From positions 13,069 to 77,068 of the forward strand of contig JAZNCU010000072.1 of NCBI GenBank assembly GCA_045587745.1: a DNA stretch of 64,000 nt. The letters run 5' to 3'. A model generated the notes under the pieces. The model worked only from the letters and a program-made list of their open reading frames with translations. It did not search any database and was not told the origin of the DNA. The position numbers were made by a program, and so were the translations under genes. Source of the DNA: Eubacteriales bacterium (GTDB taxonomy: Bacteria > Bacillota > Clostridia > Oscillospirales > CAG-382). This document shows positions 61,667 to 64,000 of the stretch, piece by piece (within the stretch, counting starts at the first letter, position 1; each line of letters begins with the position of its first letter).

Positions 61667-62732
61667 TGCTCTCGCCTTCCTCGGTCTCCTCGGGCTCCTC
61701 GGGAGCCTCGTTGACCTTCTCGACCACATCAGATTCCTCGGTCTTCTCGGCTGCTTCCTCGGGCTCTGCAGTATCAAAAACGCTTTGGTCAAGGGCATCC
61801 TCCTCGCTTTTGATTTTGACCGCAAGCGACGAGAAGGTTGAGGTATATCCGCTGATCTCTTCTTTTTCGGAACGGTATCTGCGTGACAGCACGACAAGTC
61901 CTATTACTGCGGCAATAAAGCAAACTGCGCCCGTTACCACCGAGAATTTGAAGGTCTGTCCAAAAATACTCTTGAACAAAAACAGACTGTCGGTACGAAG
62001 CATTTCGATAAACATTCTTCCGAATCCGTACCAGCCCATATAGGCAAAGAATATCTCACCGTTGAATTTCTTTTTACGGTAAAGCACAAAAATGATTATC
62101 GCCAAGCCGATAAAATTCCAAAGCGACTCGTACAAAAAGGTGGGGTGTACGCCGTCGGGATAGTTGGTTGCGGTGGTAAAGCGAAGTACGTCGCCGTTGT
62201 ATTTTTCGATCGTCATTCTCCAGGGGAAGCTGCCGACGTTCTCACTGAATCCAAACGCCTCACCGTTTATAAAATTGCCCCAACGTCCTACGATCTGGCC
62301 TATCATAACCGCAGGCGCAAGCGCATCAAGAAGCGCAAACGCTTTCATCTTTTTGACCTTGCAGTAAATCAGCACGGTCGCCAATCCGAAAATTATTGCT
62401 CCGTAAATGGCTATACCGCCGTTGCGGATGTTTATCATATCGAGAAAGCTTCCGTCCTTGTACTGATCCCACTCGGTTGCAACGTAAAAGAACCTCGCTC
62501 CGACAATTCCTATCGGAACGGTGAGAAGCGTTACGTTGTAAACGGTGTCGGCATCAATAAGCTCCTTTTTCGTAGCGAGATAATACAAGGTCAAAAAGGC
62601 AAGAATAATACCGAGCGAGAGAATAATTCCGTACCACTGTACTCCAAAACCCGACTCTTTGTCGATATAAAATGCTGTGGCGTTTACATTGAACTCAAGA
62701 CCGAGATCGGGAAACGCAATTACGTTTTTCAT
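61653..62732 (-). CDS. lgt: Prolipoprotein diacylglyceryl transferase with a ~85-aa acidic C-terminal extension
   Basis: 359-aa ORF. The Lgt core shows GRWGNFINGEAFG and HPTFLYESLWN. The tail ...SEEDALDQSVFDTAEPEEAAEKTEESDVVEKVNEAPEEPEETEEGESNEVD lies beyond the last TM. Confidence 0.85.
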   Translation of the reverse strand: MKNVIAFPDLGLEFNVNATAFYIDKESGFGVQWYGIILSLGIILAFLTLYYLATKKELIDADTVYNVTLLTVPIGIVGARFFYVATEWDQYKDGSFLDMINIRNGGIAIYGAIIFGLATVLIYCKVKKMKAFALLDALAPAVMIGQIVGRWGNFINGEAFGFSENVGSFPWRMTIEKYNGDVLRFTTATNYPDGVHPTFLYESLWNFIGLAIIIFVLYRKKKFNGEIFFAYMGWYGFGRMFIEMLRTDSLFLFKSIFGQTFKFSVVTGAVCFIAAVIGLVVLSRRYRSEKEEISGYTSTFSSLAVKIKSEEDALDQSVFDTAEPEEAAEKTEESDVVEKVNEAPEEPEETEEGESNEVD

Positions 62733-64000
62733 TGATGTTCTCCTTTCGAACTGTAATCAAATACAACGCTCAGAGCGGTTTTTTTGGTATCTATCATCGA
62801 GCAAAGCGCCGAATGCACCTGCTCCGACGTGATATTGCGAAGCATATAAATATAATCAAAGCCGCTTATTCCGTAAAGTGCATCACCGATGCAGGAATAA
62901 ACTATATCCTCGGGGCTGTCGAATCCCGACACAGCCGAGACGTAGGCAACCTTTTTCTCCCTTTCAAAGCTCTCGGGCGAAAAAAAGTTCTTTTTGCGGT
63001 ACTCGATCTCCTCGAGCATCAGCCCGTATACCCTGTCGGGCTCGGGACTGCTGCCCGCAACAACCATACTGCAAGCACCGCCGTATATCTCGGTACCTGC
63101 CGAAAAACGCTCGTTGATGAGCCCTTTTTCATAATTTTTGCAGTAGAAATCACTCGATCTGCCAAAAAGGAGCGAAACCGCATATTTGAGCGCAACAGCC
63201 TTTTTGACCGAATCGGGGTTCTTTTCCATACTCGGGCACTTACATCCCGCAAAGAACAGCGGTGTTGCTATCGAGCCGTAGCTGACCGCACGGGGAATCA
63301 CGATTCCGCTCTGCTCGGGCTCGGGTGCGGTAGTCGGTCGGACTGAGTAAGAATAGCCCGAAAACGCTCTGTCGGCTATCTCGAGCACCCTGTGCCTGTC
63401 AACGCTTCCGCAAACGCCGAGCACTGCGTTGGAAGGGATATAAAAATCACGGTGAGCCGCAAAAAGTATTTCGGGAGTAATGCTTGCAACCGACTCGGCA
63501 CTGCCTGCAACCGAGCGTGCCACGGGATGATTTTTGTACATTCCGTTCATCAGCGCCTGCCAGCCGCGGTAATCGGGGCTGTCGTCGTACATGCTGATTT
63601 CCTCGGTGATGATCGGTTTTTCCTTGGCTACCGTTTTTTTGTTGAAATGAGGCTTGGTCACCAGCTCGAGCAGCAGCTCAAGGTTATCGTAAAAATTCTC
63701 ACTGCAGCTAAAATGGTAGGAGGTGTTATCCACGTCGGTAAAGGCGTTGGGGTTGCCTCCCTTTGAATCGAACAGCGCAAATGCATCCCTTCCGTCGGGG
63801 AGCGCAAACATAGAATGCTCAAGAAAATGAGCCGTTCCGGCAGGAATACGGTATTCCCTTCCCTCTTTTTCGTATACCTCATCGGCAGAGCCAAAGCCGA
63901 ATGTTATATTTGCAAACGAGGTCGGAGTATCCTTTTCGGACACAATGATCCTCAGTCCGCTGTCGTGAGTAATTTCATAAATGCTCTCACGGAGAATAGG
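62729..64000 (-). CDS. M16 (pitrilysin/insulinase)-family peptidase-like protein; the N-terminus lies beyond the window end
   Basis: It carries the HFLEH (HxxEH) motif. The reading frame stays open upstream of the track GTG start (…ILRESIYEITHDSGLRIIVSEKD…) to the window edge. It has an ATGA-type overlap with lgt. Confidence 0.75.
   Translation of the reverse strand, partial: PILRESIYEITHDSGLRIIVSEKDTPTSFANITFGFGSADEVYEKEGREYRIPAGTAHFLEHSMFALPDGRDAFALFDSKGGNPNAFTDVDNTSYHFSCSENFYDNLELLLELVTKPHFNKKTVAKEKPIITEEISMYDDSPDYRGWQALMNGMYKNHPVARSVAGSAESVASITPEILFAAHRDFYIPSNAVLGVCGSVDRHRVLEIADRAFSGYSYSVRPTTAPEPEQSGIVIPRAVSYGSIATPLFFAGCKCPSMEKNPDSVKKAVALKYAVSLLFGRSSDFYCKNYEKGLINERFSAGTEIYGGACSMVVAGSSPEPDRVYGLMLEEIEYRKKNFFSPESFEREKKVAYVSAVSGFDSPEDIVYSCIGDALYGISGFDYIYMLRNITSEQVHSALCSMIDTKKTALSVVFDYSSKGEHQ

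Noticed and set aside
61667-61897. Arg/Pro/Ser-rich 77-codon extension of folD (MSCCHADTVPKKKRS...).
   Set aside because: It lies inside the lgt coding region in another frame, mirroring the acidic tail. FolD homology starts at MKLIDGKAV.
1-64000. tRNA, rRNA, tmRNA, RNase P or other housekeeping RNA genes.
   Set aside because: Scanning the intergenic regions by eye, I found no cloverleaf-like GTTCGAATC/T-loop contexts or rRNA-like conserved blocks. Apart from the repeat-rich gaps, all intergenic regions are short.

Overview
This is a 64-kb chromosomal segment from a moderately GC-rich Firmicute. It is probably an anaerobic member of the Clostridia. Three things point that way: the ylmE/yggS-sepF-yggT-divIVA-ileS-lspA-rluD gene order, a T-box leader, and a split transketolase plus PerR/rubrerythrin. 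The taxonomy is inference only. I support about 57 protein-coding genes, almost all housekeeping. I recognised no rRNA, tRNA, CRISPR array, IS element, integrase or prophage. The main blocks run in this order:

- A tightly overlapping aromatic amino-acid supra-operon on the minus strand: aroF-tyrA-aroB-aroA-aroC-pheA-aroE/aroK fusion.
- A SpoIID-domain protein with multiple peptidoglycan-binding repeats.
- asnA, then fba.
- An HTH-cupin/acyl-CoA synthetase fusion placed divergently from an MBL hydrolase-sirtuin pair.
- Two M3 peptidases.
- A visibly AT-rich GNAT islet.
- The rlmH-tcdA-rqcH-nif3-tkt-rluD-lspA-ileS-divIVA-yggT-sepF-yggS-miaA-queA block.
- dapA, then a polar amino-acid ABC transporter.
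- ygiQ, perR-rbr, an ABC exporter, and folD-lgt-M16 peptidase.

The items I think deserve a second look are these:

1. A complete T-box riboswitch, with a specifier I read as AUC (Ile). It controls a 759-aa HTH(XRE)-cupin-AMP-forming acyl-CoA synthetase fusion rather than an aaRS, biosynthesis or transporter gene. ileS itself has no leader.
2. A 26-codon leader ORF with 7 Phe and 3 Tyr codons, followed by an intrinsic terminator, directly upstream of the aro operon. This is a classical ribosome-mediated attenuator, which is unusual for Firmicutes.
3. A family of modular, hairpin-forming intergenic repeats. It includes 37-40-bp tandem units with compensatory stem changes, a ~95-bp module, and heptamer arrays. 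The units with an adjacent upstream gene sit just past its stop codon or terminator, in sense orientation.
4. A cleanly circularly permuted type-II solute-binding protein.
5. An iteron-like/AT-rich block next to a small orphan gene.

All functional calls come from reading the translated ORFs and the DNA by eye. No database search was run.
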